Shown: positions 18,769 to 28,098, numbered from the stretch's first letter. The stretch is DNA of 64,000 nt from Vicinamibacterales bacterium (GCA_965262985.1 OZ253576.1:3209213-3273212), one strand, 5' to 3'. A program made the numbers and translations. Notes: generated from the letters alone by a model not told the origin.

Positions 18769-19932
18769 GTGCGCATGGATCGGCCGAAACACGCCGTGGC
18801 GGACGTGTTCCGCCGCTACGGCGACACCTTCGGGCCCAGGCGGGAGCCGCGCTCTTGACGGTGTCAACGGTCATTCAAAACTCCCCCACCTGCGGTCATC
18901 GAAAATTCCCCCACCCCTGGTTGATCACAACGATGAGACGAGTGCCGGTGGGCGCTGTGGGCATACACGCGTCTGGTACAACAGTTGTCGCAATCGACAT
19001 TGCGCGACCTGCCAATCGCTGGCGCGCGCCGCGTGGATCGAACAGCGCCAGGCGGAGATTCTCGACTGTGACTACTTCCACGTGGTGTTCACCGTGCCCG
19101 ACGCGATCGCCGAGATCGCGTTGCAGAACAAAGCCGTCGTCTATGGCATCTTGTTCCGCGCCACCGCCAAGACGCTCCGGACGATCGCGGCCGACCCGAC
19201 CCATCTGGGCGCCGAGATCGGGTTCTTTGCCGTCTTGCATACGTGGGGGCAGACCCTGATGCACCATCCCCATCTGCATTGCGTCGTCCCCGGCGGCGGC
19301 CTGTCCCCAGATGGCACCCGTTGGATCGCGTGCCGGCCCGGCTTCTTGCTGTCGGTCCGCGTCCTCTCGCGCCTGTTCCGACGGCTGTTTCTCTCAGATC
19401 TCCAAAAGGCGTTCGACGCGGGGCGCCTGCACTTCGCGGCGTCACTCGACGCCCTGACCGAGCGCCAGGCTTTTGCCGATTTCCTGACACCGGTGCGCCA
19501 GACCGACTGGGTCGTCTACGCCAAGCCGCCGTTTGCCGGGCCGCAACAGGTGCTTGACTACGTCGGTCGCTACACCCATCGGATCGCCATCTCCAACAAT
19601 CGGTTGCTGGACATGGAGGCGGGCCAGGTTCGATTCCGCTATCGGAAATACCGGGCGAACCGGTCCCAGATGCACGCCACAATGACCCTCACCGCAACGG
19701 AGTTCATCCGACGGTATCTCCTGCACGTTTTGCCGACCGGGTTCCACCGGATTCGCTACTACGGCTTCCTCGGCAATCGGCACCGCGCAGAGAAGCTGGC
19801 CCTCTGCCGGCAACTGCTCGGGACGGGATCGACTCCAGCGCCCCCCAGCGAGTCCCCGCCACCTCCGGACTATCGTGACCGCTACGAGTCCCTCACCGGG
19901 ATCTCCCTGCACACGTGTCCCGTCTGTCACGA
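18769..19932 (+). pseudogene. Y2/HUH 'IS91-family' transposase of E1 (multiple lesions)
   Basis: The N-terminus VRMDRPKHAVADVFRRYGDTF stops at 18856-18858. A 70-bp foreign insert (18861-18930) replaces the Cys-cluster region. The rest is in another frame (HHPHLHCV; YVGRYTHR). It is cut at ..CPVCHD by E2. Confidence 0.75.
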
Positions 19933-20117
19933 TGTCAACGATCGCGAGATAGTGACAATTGGACTAAACCGCTTCGCGGTAGACGCTGAATCGACCTGCC
20001 GACCCTGAGGCGGCCAGCCAGCCAGATCGTCCGGCCGCTGCAGCTCGTCCGCCGTCTCGCCGTACGCTGCTCTGCAAGCGCCTGGAATCCCCCGGGCCCT
20101 TCGCAGAGGAGCGTTCC

Positions 20118-20987
20118 ATGACATCTCTTCGTCAACGCATGCTCGAAGACATGCAGGTGCGGCAGCTGTCGCCGTGCACCCAACAGACATACGTCGAGAC
20201 CGTCGCGCGGTTCGCCCGCCACTTCGACCGTTCCCCGGCTCGTCTCGGCCCGGAGGCGATCCGCGCCTACCAGGTCTACCTGACCAACGAACGCCGTCTT
20301 GCGCCGAGCTCGGTCGTCGTCGCCGTGTCGGCGCTCCGTTTCCTCTATCGGGTCACGCTCCGGAAACAGTGGGTCTTCGACGACGTGATCCCCGTACCGA
20401 AGAAGCCCCGGTCCTTGCCGGTCGTGCTCAGCCGCGACGAGGTGGTGCAGTTCCTCGACGCCGTCAAGGCCGCCAAGCATCACGCCATCCTGACCACGTG
20501 CTACGCCGCCGGCCTCCGCGTCTCCGAGGCCATCCATCTCGCCGTGTCCGCCATCGACAGCCACCGGATGGTGCTCCGCATCGAGCAGGGCAAGGGGAAG
20601 AAGGACCGCTACGTGATGCTCTCGCCGAAGCTGCTCGAGGTCCTGCGCGCCTGGTGGCAGGTCGACCGGCCCCGGCATTGGCTCTTTCCCGGCGAGCGCC
20701 CGGAGAAGCCCATCACTCGCAAGGCGGTCCAGCTTGCCTGCCAGCGCGCCGTCCGACGCGCGAAGCTCACCAAGCCGGTTTCTCCGCACGCGCTCCGCCA
20801 CGCGTTCGCGGTCCATCTCCTCGAGGCGGGCACCGACCTCCGTACGATTCAGCTGCTGCTCGGGCATCGGAGCCTGCAGACCACGGCCCGCTACCTGCAG
20901 GTCGCCACCAGCACGGTCTGTTCGACCGCCAGTCCGCTGGACCTCCTCCCGCGGCCTGTAGGGAAACCGAACCCGGACATCGCCTGA
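20118..20987 (+). CDS. tyrosine recombinase (phage-integrase family)
   Basis: 289 aa. ..AGLRVSE.. / [37 protein letters not shown] (R..HxxR..Y). Confidence 0.85.
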   Translation: MTSLRQRMLEDMQVRQLSPCTQQTYVETVARFARHFDRSPARLGPEAIRAYQVYLTNERRLAPSSVVVAVSALRFLYRVTLRKQWVFDDVIPVPKKPRSLPVVLSRDEVVQFLDAVKAAKHHAILTTCYAAGLRVSEAIHLAVSAIDSHRMVLRIEQGKGKKDRYVMLSPKLLEVLRAWWQVDRPRHWLFPGERPEKPITRKAVQLACQRAVRRAKLTKPVSPHALRHAFAVHLLEAGTDLRTIQLLLGHRSLQTTARYLQVATSTVCSTASPLDLLPRPVGKPNPDIA

Positions 20988-20996
20988 GCGACGGTC

Positions 20997-22208
20997 GTGC
21001 CACGCGCCGCGCTCACCGTGGCGGAGGTCTTCCGCCGCTACGGTGACACCTTCCGGGCTCAGGCCGGGGCCGCCCTCTCGACGGCGCAGCGTCGGGTGAT
21101 GACGGCCATCGAGCAGTGCCGCACCGCCGCACTCGGCGGCCACGTCGAGCAGTGCGACCGTTGCGGCCATCGCCGCGTCTGGTACAACTCCTGTCGCAAC
21201 CGCCACTGCCCGACCTGTCAGTCGCTGGCCCGCGCCGCGTGGCTCGAACGGCGCCGGGTGGACCTGCTTCCCACCGAGTACTTTCACGTCGTCTTCACCG
21301 TCCCTCCGGCGGTCGCCGAGATCGCCACCCAGAACAAGGCCGTCGTCTACGGTCTCCTCTTCCGCGCCGTCGCCGAGACGCTCCGCACCATCGCCGCCGA
21401 CCCTCGCCATCTCGGCGCCGAGATCGGCTTCTTCGCCGTCCTCCACACCTGGGGCCAGACGCTCGTCCATCACCCGCATCTGCACTGCGTGATTCCGGGT
21501 GGGGGGCTCGCAACCGATGGCAGCGGGTGGGTTGCCTGCCGCCCCGGGTTCTTCCTGCCGGTCCGGGTCCTGTCACGCTACTTCCGTCGGGTCCTCCTCC
21601 ACGCGCTGCAGGACGCCTTCGAGTCCGGAAAACTGGGCTTCGCCGGTCGGCTGCAGGCCCTCAACGACCCCCGGCGCTTCGCCGAGCACCTCCGCCCGGC
21701 CCGCGAGGCCGAATGGGTGGTCTACGCGAAGCGACCCTTCGCCGGTCCCGAGCAGGTCCTCGACTACCTCGGCCGTTACACCCACCGGATCGCCATCAGC
21801 GACCAGCGCCTGTGCAGCCTCGACGACAGCTGCGTGCGCTTCCGCTACAAGGACTATCGTCGGGCCGGCGCGTCCCGCCACAAGACCATGACGCTGACGG
21901 CGACCGAGTTCATCCGGCGCATGCTTCTCCACGTGCTCCCGCCCGGCTTCCACCGCATTCGCTACTACGGCTTCCTCGCCAATCGCAACCGGCAGCAGAA
22001 GCTCTCCGAGTGCCGGCGGCTGCTGCACGCGCCCCCGCTACCATCGGCAGAGCACGCCGGTCCCGCCACAATCGACTACCGGGATCGCTATGAGGCGCTG
22101 ACCGGCCGCTCGATGCGGCGGTGTCCCCGGTGCGACGACGGAAACATGCTCGTCGTCGACCACCTCGCCGGCAGGTGCGTGGCGCCCGCCATCCTGGATT
22201 CCTCGTGA
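20997..22208 (+). CDS. Y2/HUH transposase (IS91-family type)
   Basis: 403 aa. Zn-binding CDRCGH..CRNRHCPTC, HUH motif HHPHLHCV, tyrosine pair YLGRYTHR. Confidence 0.85.
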   Translation: MPRAALTVAEVFRRYGDTFRAQAGAALSTAQRRVMTAIEQCRTAALGGHVEQCDRCGHRRVWYNSCRNRHCPTCQSLARAAWLERRRVDLLPTEYFHVVFTVPPAVAEIATQNKAVVYGLLFRAVAETLRTIAADPRHLGAEIGFFAVLHTWGQTLVHHPHLHCVIPGGGLATDGSGWVACRPGFFLPVRVLSRYFRRVLLHALQDAFESGKLGFAGRLQALNDPRRFAEHLRPAREAEWVVYAKRPFAGPEQVLDYLGRYTHRIAISDQRLCSLDDSCVRFRYKDYRRAGASRHKTMTLTATEFIRRMLLHVLPPGFHRIRYYGFLANRNRQQKLSECRRLLHAPPLPSAEHAGPATIDYRDRYEALTGRSMRRCPRCDDGNMLVVDHLAGRCVAPAILDSS

Positions 22209-22569
22209 CGACTCCACCAACGCCCCGCCAGGCAAACCTTCGAAGCTCTCGGTGTGCCGGGGTCGGTCGACCTGTGTCTCCGACTCCTCACCACGGCCGC
22301 GGGACCGCCTTCGTGGACATCCCCACCGGCCCCGTCGGCCGGCAACGACCACCTACAACACCGTGGCAAGCACGCCGCCAGCGCCTCCCGACCATGCAAC
22401 GCCCATAGCCGAGCAGCGGAGCAGCGGTTCAGTCCAATTCATTCTTAGCTCACCGGCGCGGTCACACGCCTTGCCACTTGCCCGCTGTTTGCCGCCGCGC
22501 CGCCAACCTAAGAATGCTCTGCATTATGACCAACTGGACATAATGATCAGTTTCTGGAGATCGCCAACA

Positions 22570-22640
22570 GTCACGACGGGCATATGATCGTGGTCGAGGA
22601 CCTGCCGCGTCCGCGCCCCGCGATCACCGATACCTCCTGA
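22570..22640 (+). pseudogene. 3' tail of the E1 transposase, displaced by E2
   Basis: After removing E2 and one TSD copy: ..CPVCHD|GHMIVVEDLPRPRPAITDTS*, parallel to the E2 copy ..CPRCDDGNMLVVDHLAGRCVAPAILDSS*. Confidence 0.75.
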
Positions 22641-23179
22641 CACCATGACACCCGCGCGCGCCCACCACGCGGTCGCACCGGCGCCCGGCACGCGTCACCG
22701 AACTCGTGTGTCTGCACCCCGCGTCACACAGCCACAGGACTGTCCTCGCGTCCCCAACGCCGCTCTCGCCGATGCCTACACGCGGTCGACCCCGCAGCCG
22801 GTGGCACGCTCGACCCGCGGCGAGGTGCCGAGCCCCACGCGACCATCGACACCGACCGCCATTCAATCCCCATAGCGGAGCGTCTAGCCAGCGTTTTAGC
22901 CCAATCTGATCAACGACAATTATTTTGGCCGAGACACCAAAGTAGTTGACGTTGAACAAACGGGCGACCTGGCTGCATGCGATCCGGACGGCATCGCCGC
23001 TCCCAACTCGCGATTCTAGACGGCCCACTCTCCCGACGAATCACCGTCATGTGTGCGCTGCCACGGGCAACCGTGATAATCACCGAATAACAGCGTGACT
23101 CGTCGTCGAAGCGCCCCGTGACCGTTCGTCGTCTCGGCGGCCCACGCCTAGCCCGGATTATTCATGAAGGCCGCGAGTC

Positions 23180-25127
23180 GGCACCGCGGACGGCGTGATC
23201 GTCGCGCACATGGCGCATCGGATGTCGCTGCGGTCGGGTGCCGGCGGGGAGAAACGCGTCGTCGGTGCGGAGGGCTGGGTGAGGAGCGGCCCGGGGACAG
23301 CTCCGCCGCGGGCGGGCGCGGGGCCGCCTGAAAGCCTTGCTCTGGGCGGCGGCATGGGTCGGCTCCGCCGCGGGCGGGCGCGGGGCCGCCCCTGGGGATG
23401 GATGGACGCGCGGCGGGCTGGCGCCGGCCGAAGCCTATCCGGGGCGGGCGCCGAGTGCGAGCGCGATGTGCCGCCAGGCGTGGAGGTCCGGCGTGGCGGT
23501 GGGCAGGTGCAGGACCACGCGGCGGACCGAGCCGACGACGTGCGCCCCCAATTTGAGGAGCCGGTCGCGCAGCCACGTCACTTGGGCGCGGGCACAGGCG
23601 GTGCGCGCCGCGCGCAGCCGGAGTTCTTGCATCAGCACGTAGGCGGCGGCGGTGAGGAGCACGCGCAGTTGATTGGCCCAGAAGCGACAGCAGCTCGTGC
23701 GGTCGATCTGTAGCCCATCGAGCAGTTCCTTGATCCGATTCTCGATGTCGCCGCGGGCGCAGTAGACCTTCTCATAGATGAAGCGCGGCGTCTGCCGCAG
23801 ATTCGTCACGACGAAGCGCGGGTTGTCGCGCGGCTCGCGGTCGCCGTGCCGGACGACCTCGGCCTTGATCACGACGCGGCGCGCGTGGCCCCACGTACCG
23901 GCCTGGTACTGAGTGTCGGTATACACGTGCGCGGTCTGGCCGCTGGCCGCGCTCTGGGCCTGCGCCACGATCAGGGCGGGCTCGGCGTGGCGCCGCAACA
24001 CGGCGTTCTTGGCCATCGCCACCACGTAGTCGAGCCGCGGCTCGGCATCCAGGAAGTCGAAGACCTCCGGCGTCGCAAAGCCCCCGTCGAGCCGCACGAG
24101 AAACCGCGCCCGGGGAAAGGCCTGCCGCAGCAGGGGCAGCAGCCGACACAACACGCCGAGGGTCCCGCAGGTGGCCGGCACATTGCCGGGCCGCAGCACC
24201 GCCGCGCACAGATACTGTTCGCGTTCCTTGTCGAAGGTCAGAAACGCCAGCAACGGCAAGTAGCACCAGCTATCGTAATGCCCGTTGAAGAAGGTGAGCT
24301 GCTGGGCGCCGTGCGTCGCGTCGTCGGTCGGATCCAGGTCGATCGTGATCCGCCGCGCCCGCCCGTCCAGCCGGCGCTGATGCCGCTCGATGACCCGCAT
24401 CGCCAGCTCGCGCGCCAACTCATAGAGGGCGGAGGGGCCAACGCCGTTCTCGAACCGCGAGATCGTCGGCTGCGAGGCCAACGCCTCGCCAGCGACCGGG
24501 TCCCGCCCGAGCAGCAGCTTGTGGATGGGGTCGTCGGCGAGGTGGTCGGCGTCGTTGCCATCGGGATGGCCGCAGGCAATGCCGAAGATCCGCTGGCCGA
24601 GCAACTCCGTCAGCGTGTGCCGGATCTTTCCGAGCTCCCGCCGGTCCACCAGACACCGGGCGAAACCCGCCACCAACCCATACACGCGCTCCGCCGCCTT
24701 GAGCAGGACGGCGCCGCCATCGGAACTCGCGTGCCGGCGGTCGAACGTGGCAACGAGGGGCTTGTCGAAGAGATCCGGAAAGAGGACAGTCTGTGGTATC
24801 TTCTGAGGTGTCACGCAAGGGCCTCCGTGGTGGGTAAATGCCTGTGTATAAAGCACTTATACCACGCGGAGGCTTTTGTGTCTATACCGAAATCGGACCC
24901 TTCACGAATAATCCGGGCTAGGCAGTACGGCCCATGGAGACTGAAACCCAAGCGCGAACGCACGCGGGTTGACAAGGGGTCATTCCATAACAGCATCCTG
25001 CCCGGATGCGACTGATGCCCTCAAGAGAGCAGCGGTCAGCATCACCATCATTGAAATCAGTCGTCTTTGGCTCATGGGCAAGAATACGACGGCGAGGAAT
25101 GGAGATCGAGCCGCGTCTGACGGTGCC
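23180..25127 (-). mobile_element. IS1380-family insertion sequence (boundaries approximate)
   Basis: The upper boundary is set by the abrupt loss of Vsr homology after ..PDLVLPKHRA (25128). The lower boundary rests on a weak terminal repeat, GGCACCGCGGACGGCGTGATC vs GGCACCGTCAGACGCGGCTCGATC. No clear TSD. Confidence 0.55.
23435..24856 (-). CDS. IS1380-family DDE transposase
   Basis: 473-aa ORF (start uncertain; GTG 24814 is possible). ..ASQPTISRFEN.. / ITIDLDPTDDATHG / FFNGHYDSWCYLPL / CARGDIENRIKELL. Confidence 0.85.
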   Translation of the reverse strand: MLYTQAFTHHGGPCVTPQKIPQTVLFPDLFDKPLVATFDRRHASSDGGAVLLKAAERVYGLVAGFARCLVDRRELGKIRHTLTELLGQRIFGIACGHPDGNDADHLADDPIHKLLLGRDPVAGEALASQPTISRFENGVGPSALYELARELAMRVIERHQRRLDGRARRITIDLDPTDDATHGAQQLTFFNGHYDSWCYLPLLAFLTFDKEREQYLCAAVLRPGNVPATCGTLGVLCRLLPLLRQAFPRARFLVRLDGGFATPEVFDFLDAEPRLDYVVAMAKNAVLRRHAEPALIVAQAQSAASGQTAHVYTDTQYQAGTWGHARRVVIKAEVVRHGDREPRDNPRFVVTNLRQTPRFIYEKVYCARGDIENRIKELLDGLQIDRTSCCRFWANQLRVLLTAAAYVLMQELRLRAARTACARAQVTWLRDRLLKLGAHVVGSVRRVVLHLPTATPDLHAWRHIALALGARPG

Positions 25128-25304
25128 CGCGCGATGCTTCGGCAGCACCAAGTCCGGTGTTCCCGGCAGGTCGCGGCGGTGAAGGCGGAAGCGGTATCCC
25201 AGTTGATGGATGAGGCGTCTGACAGCGATCTCGGGACACGTGTTCCCCGCCTTGACGCGCGCCATGATGGCGCTCCGTTCGGCGGGCGAAGATCGATCTC
25301 CCAC
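25128..25304 (-). pseudogene. vsr: very-short-patch repair endonuclease Vsr, 3'-truncated by IS1380
   Basis: VGDRSSPAERSAIMARVKAGNTCPEIAVRRLIHQLGYRFRLHRRDLPGTPDLVLPKHRA. The catalytic FVHGCFWHGH block is missing. GTG 25304 overlaps the nuclease stop. Confidence 0.75.
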
Positions 25305-26002
25305 TACTTGCGACCTCGATTGCGACGGGCGCGAGAGGAGCCGCGGACTTCGTCCAACCGAGAACACGCCAGCAACTCGAGCCGACGCGTCTGCGTGAGA
25401 AGTGTCTGGCGCAGTCCCGGGGTAACATGGCGCTCGCGGATCACCTTCGCGAGTCTGGCGATGGTGTTGGCGCGTCGCTCGATCCGCACGTCGGGGTGCT
25501 TTCGCGTATCGAACAGATCGGGTGGAATGATGCGTCGCCGGAACGGAGGGGGCAACTCGACGACCGGAGTCTCCGCGATCTCCTTTTCGTTGAGTACGGC
25601 ATTTAATTCGGACTTGGCGAGCACCCGCTGAAAGACAGTGTACTCCGCCTCGGCCAAGCGCTTGGCCCTGCGTTTCTGGTAATCGCGCTTGCTCTCGCCA
25701 GGACCTGCCCGCTCAAGGTCGTAGAAGGGATAGACCTCGATGTCGGCGACCTCGAATGGATCCAGAACGTTCATCGCGACAGCATCGGTCCGTTGATTTG
25801 TGATGTGTCGGCGAATTCGCGCGCGCAGCCGCTCATTCGTCTGACCGACGTAGATGGGCTCGCCGTCGTAGTCGTAGAACACGTACACGCCGCACTTGGC
25901 GTTGCACGGCTTCGCGCCGGATTCGTCCGCGGAGTTCAGGAATTCCGCGAGCTTCCGGCGAATCGCGTCGACATCATGCGGCGCTTTCCGCGGCACGTTC
26001 AC
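25304..26002 (-). CDS. GIY-YIG nuclease, probable type II restriction endonuclease
   Basis: GVYVFYDYDGEPIYVGQTNERLRARIRRH (GIY..YVG..R). Lies in an operon between a C5-MTase and Vsr. Confidence 0.65.
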   Translation of the reverse strand: MNVPRKAPHDVDAIRRKLAEFLNSADESGAKPCNAKCGVYVFYDYDGEPIYVGQTNERLRARIRRHITNQRTDAVAMNVLDPFEVADIEVYPFYDLERAGPGESKRDYQKRRAKRLAEAEYTVFQRVLAKSELNAVLNEKEIAETPVVELPPPFRRRIIPPDLFDTRKHPDVRIERRANTIARLAKVIRERHVTPGLRQTLLTQTRRLELLACSRLDEVRGSSRARRNRGRK

Positions 26003-27095
26003 TCCGACGAAACAGAGGGGCTAGAAGGTGGCGCGTGAGCCACCTGACGACAGGTACGACCACGGCATCGCCCATCGCGCGGTATCCGTCGTTGTACGTG
26101 CCCGGGACTTCGTAGGTGTCTGACGCGCCCATGAGGCGCGCGCATTCTCGAACCGTCATCAGGCGCGTGTGTACTACACCACGGTCGACCAAGAGCACGA
26201 CCTGCCGACTGCTGCCCCCTTCGGGAGTCCGCAAACACCCGGCGACGCCGTCGAATCGGATCTCAAGGCGTTGAGCCCGACCGTTCGCGGTGGGACGCGT
26301 ACGGCAGTACCCGGTCCCGACGGCAGACCGTCCGTATCGAAGTTGTTGTTCCAGCTTCCGCTTGTTGCATGGCGACAGCATCGCCAGCCGCTCCGCGGTG
26401 CGCTTCGGGTCTTCGCACGGAGCCTGCCTATCGCAAAGATCCGCAAGCGTGCCAACGCAGCTGGCAGGACGAGGGAGAGTCCACCAAATCCAGTCCGAGT
26501 CAGCGACCGCCTCGGCCGCCCTGAGAACTGCGCCGGGGTGAAACTGTCCGGGACGATCCTGCGCTAGACCCGTCGTCGGTAGACTACGGTCGACCGCGAT
26601 CAGGAACGCGCGAGGACGGCTCTGCGGGACGAAGTCGCGAGCATCGATCACGACTGCACCAGCGCGATAGCCGCGTGTGCGTAGCGCATCGTACGCTCGG
26701 GCGAAATGTACTCCGTCGTGGGCGATCAGGAAGCCAACCACGTTTTCGACGGCGAGCAGCGGGGGGCGACGGCCTGCGTCGCTAAGTTCGTCAAGCACGC
26801 GGATCCACTCCCAGAACAAGCCCGACCGCGTGCCAGCGCCGATGCCGCTCAGATTGCCGGCAAGCGACAGATCCTGGCAGGGGAATGAGGCCCAAGCGAG
26901 GTTCGCCGCTGGCACATCCTTGCCACGGACGTGCGAGATTGAATCGATCAGAATGCGTGGTCCCGACGTGTTGGCATCGTAGACGCCACCCTTTTTGGGG
27001 CAGATATCGTTGGCCCACACCGTGCGGAACTCAGGCTCCAACCCGACCCGGGCGAGGCCGCTGCCAGCGAAGAAGTCGAGCGCGCGTCCAGTCAT
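25974..27095 (-). CDS. DNA (cytosine-5)-methyltransferase
   Basis: Motifs DFFAGSG, SFPCQDLS, AVENVVGF, QSRPRAF, GDAVVVPV. Confidence 0.9.
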   Translation of the reverse strand: MTGRALDFFAGSGLARVGLEPEFRTVWANDICPKKGGVYDANTSGPRILIDSISHVRGKDVPAANLAWASFPCQDLSLAGNLSGIGAGTRSGLFWEWIRVLDELSDAGRRPPLLAVENVVGFLIAHDGVHFARAYDALRTRGYRAGAVVIDARDFVPQSRPRAFLIAVDRSLPTTGLAQDRPGQFHPGAVLRAAEAVADSDWIWWTLPRPASCVGTLADLCDRQAPCEDPKRTAERLAMLSPCNKRKLEQQLRYGRSAVGTGYCRTRPTANGRAQRLEIRFDGVAGCLRTPEGGSSRQVVLLVDRGVVHTRLMTVRECARLMGASDTYEVPGTYNDGYRAMGDAVVVPVVRWLTRHLLAPLFRRSERAAESAA

Positions 27096-27405
27096 CGCCT
27101 ACTGGAGCATGCAAGCACCGCGCCAAGTCCGACAAGTATCCGCTGGCACGCCGCGACAGGAGCGGGTGCAACTGGGTGAACGGCCGGTGTCCGGCACGTC
27201 CACGCCGAGCCTGATTGTACAACGCCGTCCGCAATCCTGCTCATCGTTCAGCCGATATAGTCACGAGGCGGGTCGAGTTCCGGCGACGAGCCGTGCATGG
27301 ACGATTTTGCGTCGGGCATTTCCGTGGACGGCTCCGACGGTCCGCGGAAGTCGATTTCGAGACGGGGGAATCAACGATGAAAACGACCTTGTCGCATGTA
27401 GCTAA

Positions 27406-28098
27406 AGCTCATTATATCAATATGTTACACGGACACAACATCGGAAACCGTGGAAGCCCGGCGAGCGGATTCTGCCCCACAACTTTCAGATTGGGCGCGA
27501 CTATCGCGGCGGCAACGCCGTGTACCTTGCCATGAGGGCGCTCGCTCACGGGTACGCCGACCCGCGTAGGGGCGGCTACCGCCAGATCCAGGAGGCTGGC
27601 GGGCATGTCGGCAAGGGCGAGAAGGGCACCCCCATCATGTACGTCGAGTGGCGGCAGCGGCGCACCGCCCGCGACGACAGCGGCAACCCTGTGCTTGACG
27701 AACAGGGACGGGCAAAGCTGGAGTTCGTCAAGCGGGACCGGCCGCTCGTCAAGGTCCAGTACGTCTTCAACGTCGAGCAGACTGAGGGCCGCAAGCTGCG
27801 GTCGCTGGACACGGCCGCGCCGGAGTGGGAAGGGCACGAGCGCTCGGAGGTCCTGATCAAGAGCAGCGAGGTGGATGTCAAGCACGTGGCCTGCGACCGC
27901 GCCTACTATCGGCTGTCCAATGACGAGGTGGTGCTGCCGGAGCGGAGCCAGTTTGCGTCGGAGACGGCCTACACGCACACGGGGAGCAGCCTGCCGACGG
28001 TCAGTCGCCTCCGTCTCCCGCCCGCGACTCAGCGCACAACCGCGCCGCTGGTGCGCCCGTCATGCCGGACGGGAGTGACGCGTGACGGGACAGTCTGA
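27406..28098 (+). pseudogene. ArdC-N (DUF1738)-like antirestriction/ssDNA-binding fragment
   Basis: RKPWKPGERILPHNFQIGRDYRGGNAVYLAMRALAHGYADPRRGGYRQIQEAGGHVGKGEKGTPIMY...VFNVEQTEG. No start codon precedes the conserved N-terminus (in-frame TAA at 27403). Homology is lost after ~27980, and no HExxH domain follows. Confidence 0.5.

Larger units (their letters stand above)
19933..22569 (+). mobile_element. chimeric element E2: IS21-type ends around a recombinase + Y2-transposase module, 2637 bp
   Basis: Left end TGTCAACGATCGCGAGATAGTGACAA is 26/26 identical to the E3 end. Right end ..TCAGTTTCTGGAGATCGCCAACA is 22/23 to the other E3 end. 7-bp TSD GTCACGA at 19926-19932 and 22570-22576. Confidence 0.8.
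18409..22918 (+). mobile_element. older 'tyrosine recombinase + Y2 transposase' element (E1), 5'-truncated and split by E2
   Basis: Recombinase fragment and transposase pseudogene are homologous to the E2 genes. Right end GCGTTTTAGCCCAATCTGATCAACGACA (22891-22918) matches the inner repeat type of E2. Confidence 0.65.

Noticed and set aside
15718-21485. Large antisense ORFs 15718-17163 (-, 481 aa) and 19935-21485 (-, 516 aa)
   Set aside because: They lie exactly opposite well-supported transposase and recombinase genes, with Arg/Gly/Pro-rich composition. The same reasoning was applied to 40435-41667(-), 43818-44813(+), 53036-54412(-), 55293-56840(+), 55666-57324(-) and 27412-27978(-).
22919-23179. 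ORF 22624-23028 (-). Its first ~36 codons (MGRLESRVGSGDAVRIACSQVARLFNVNYFGVSAKI) lie outside E1 and might be a gene truncated by E1
   Set aside because: No recognisable family. It is very short, and the remainder of the ORF is read-through into element DNA. Evidence is insufficient to call a feature.
23300-23390. Two perfect 29-bp copies of GCTCCGCCGCGGGCGGGCGCGGGGCCGCC, 62 bp apart, downstream of the IS1380 transposase
   Set aside because: There are only two copies, each a GC hairpin (CCGCC-GCG-GGCGG). They are most likely REP-like or IS-internal structure, not a CRISPR array or att pair. It is unresolved whether they lie inside the IS, because the lower IS boundary is weak.
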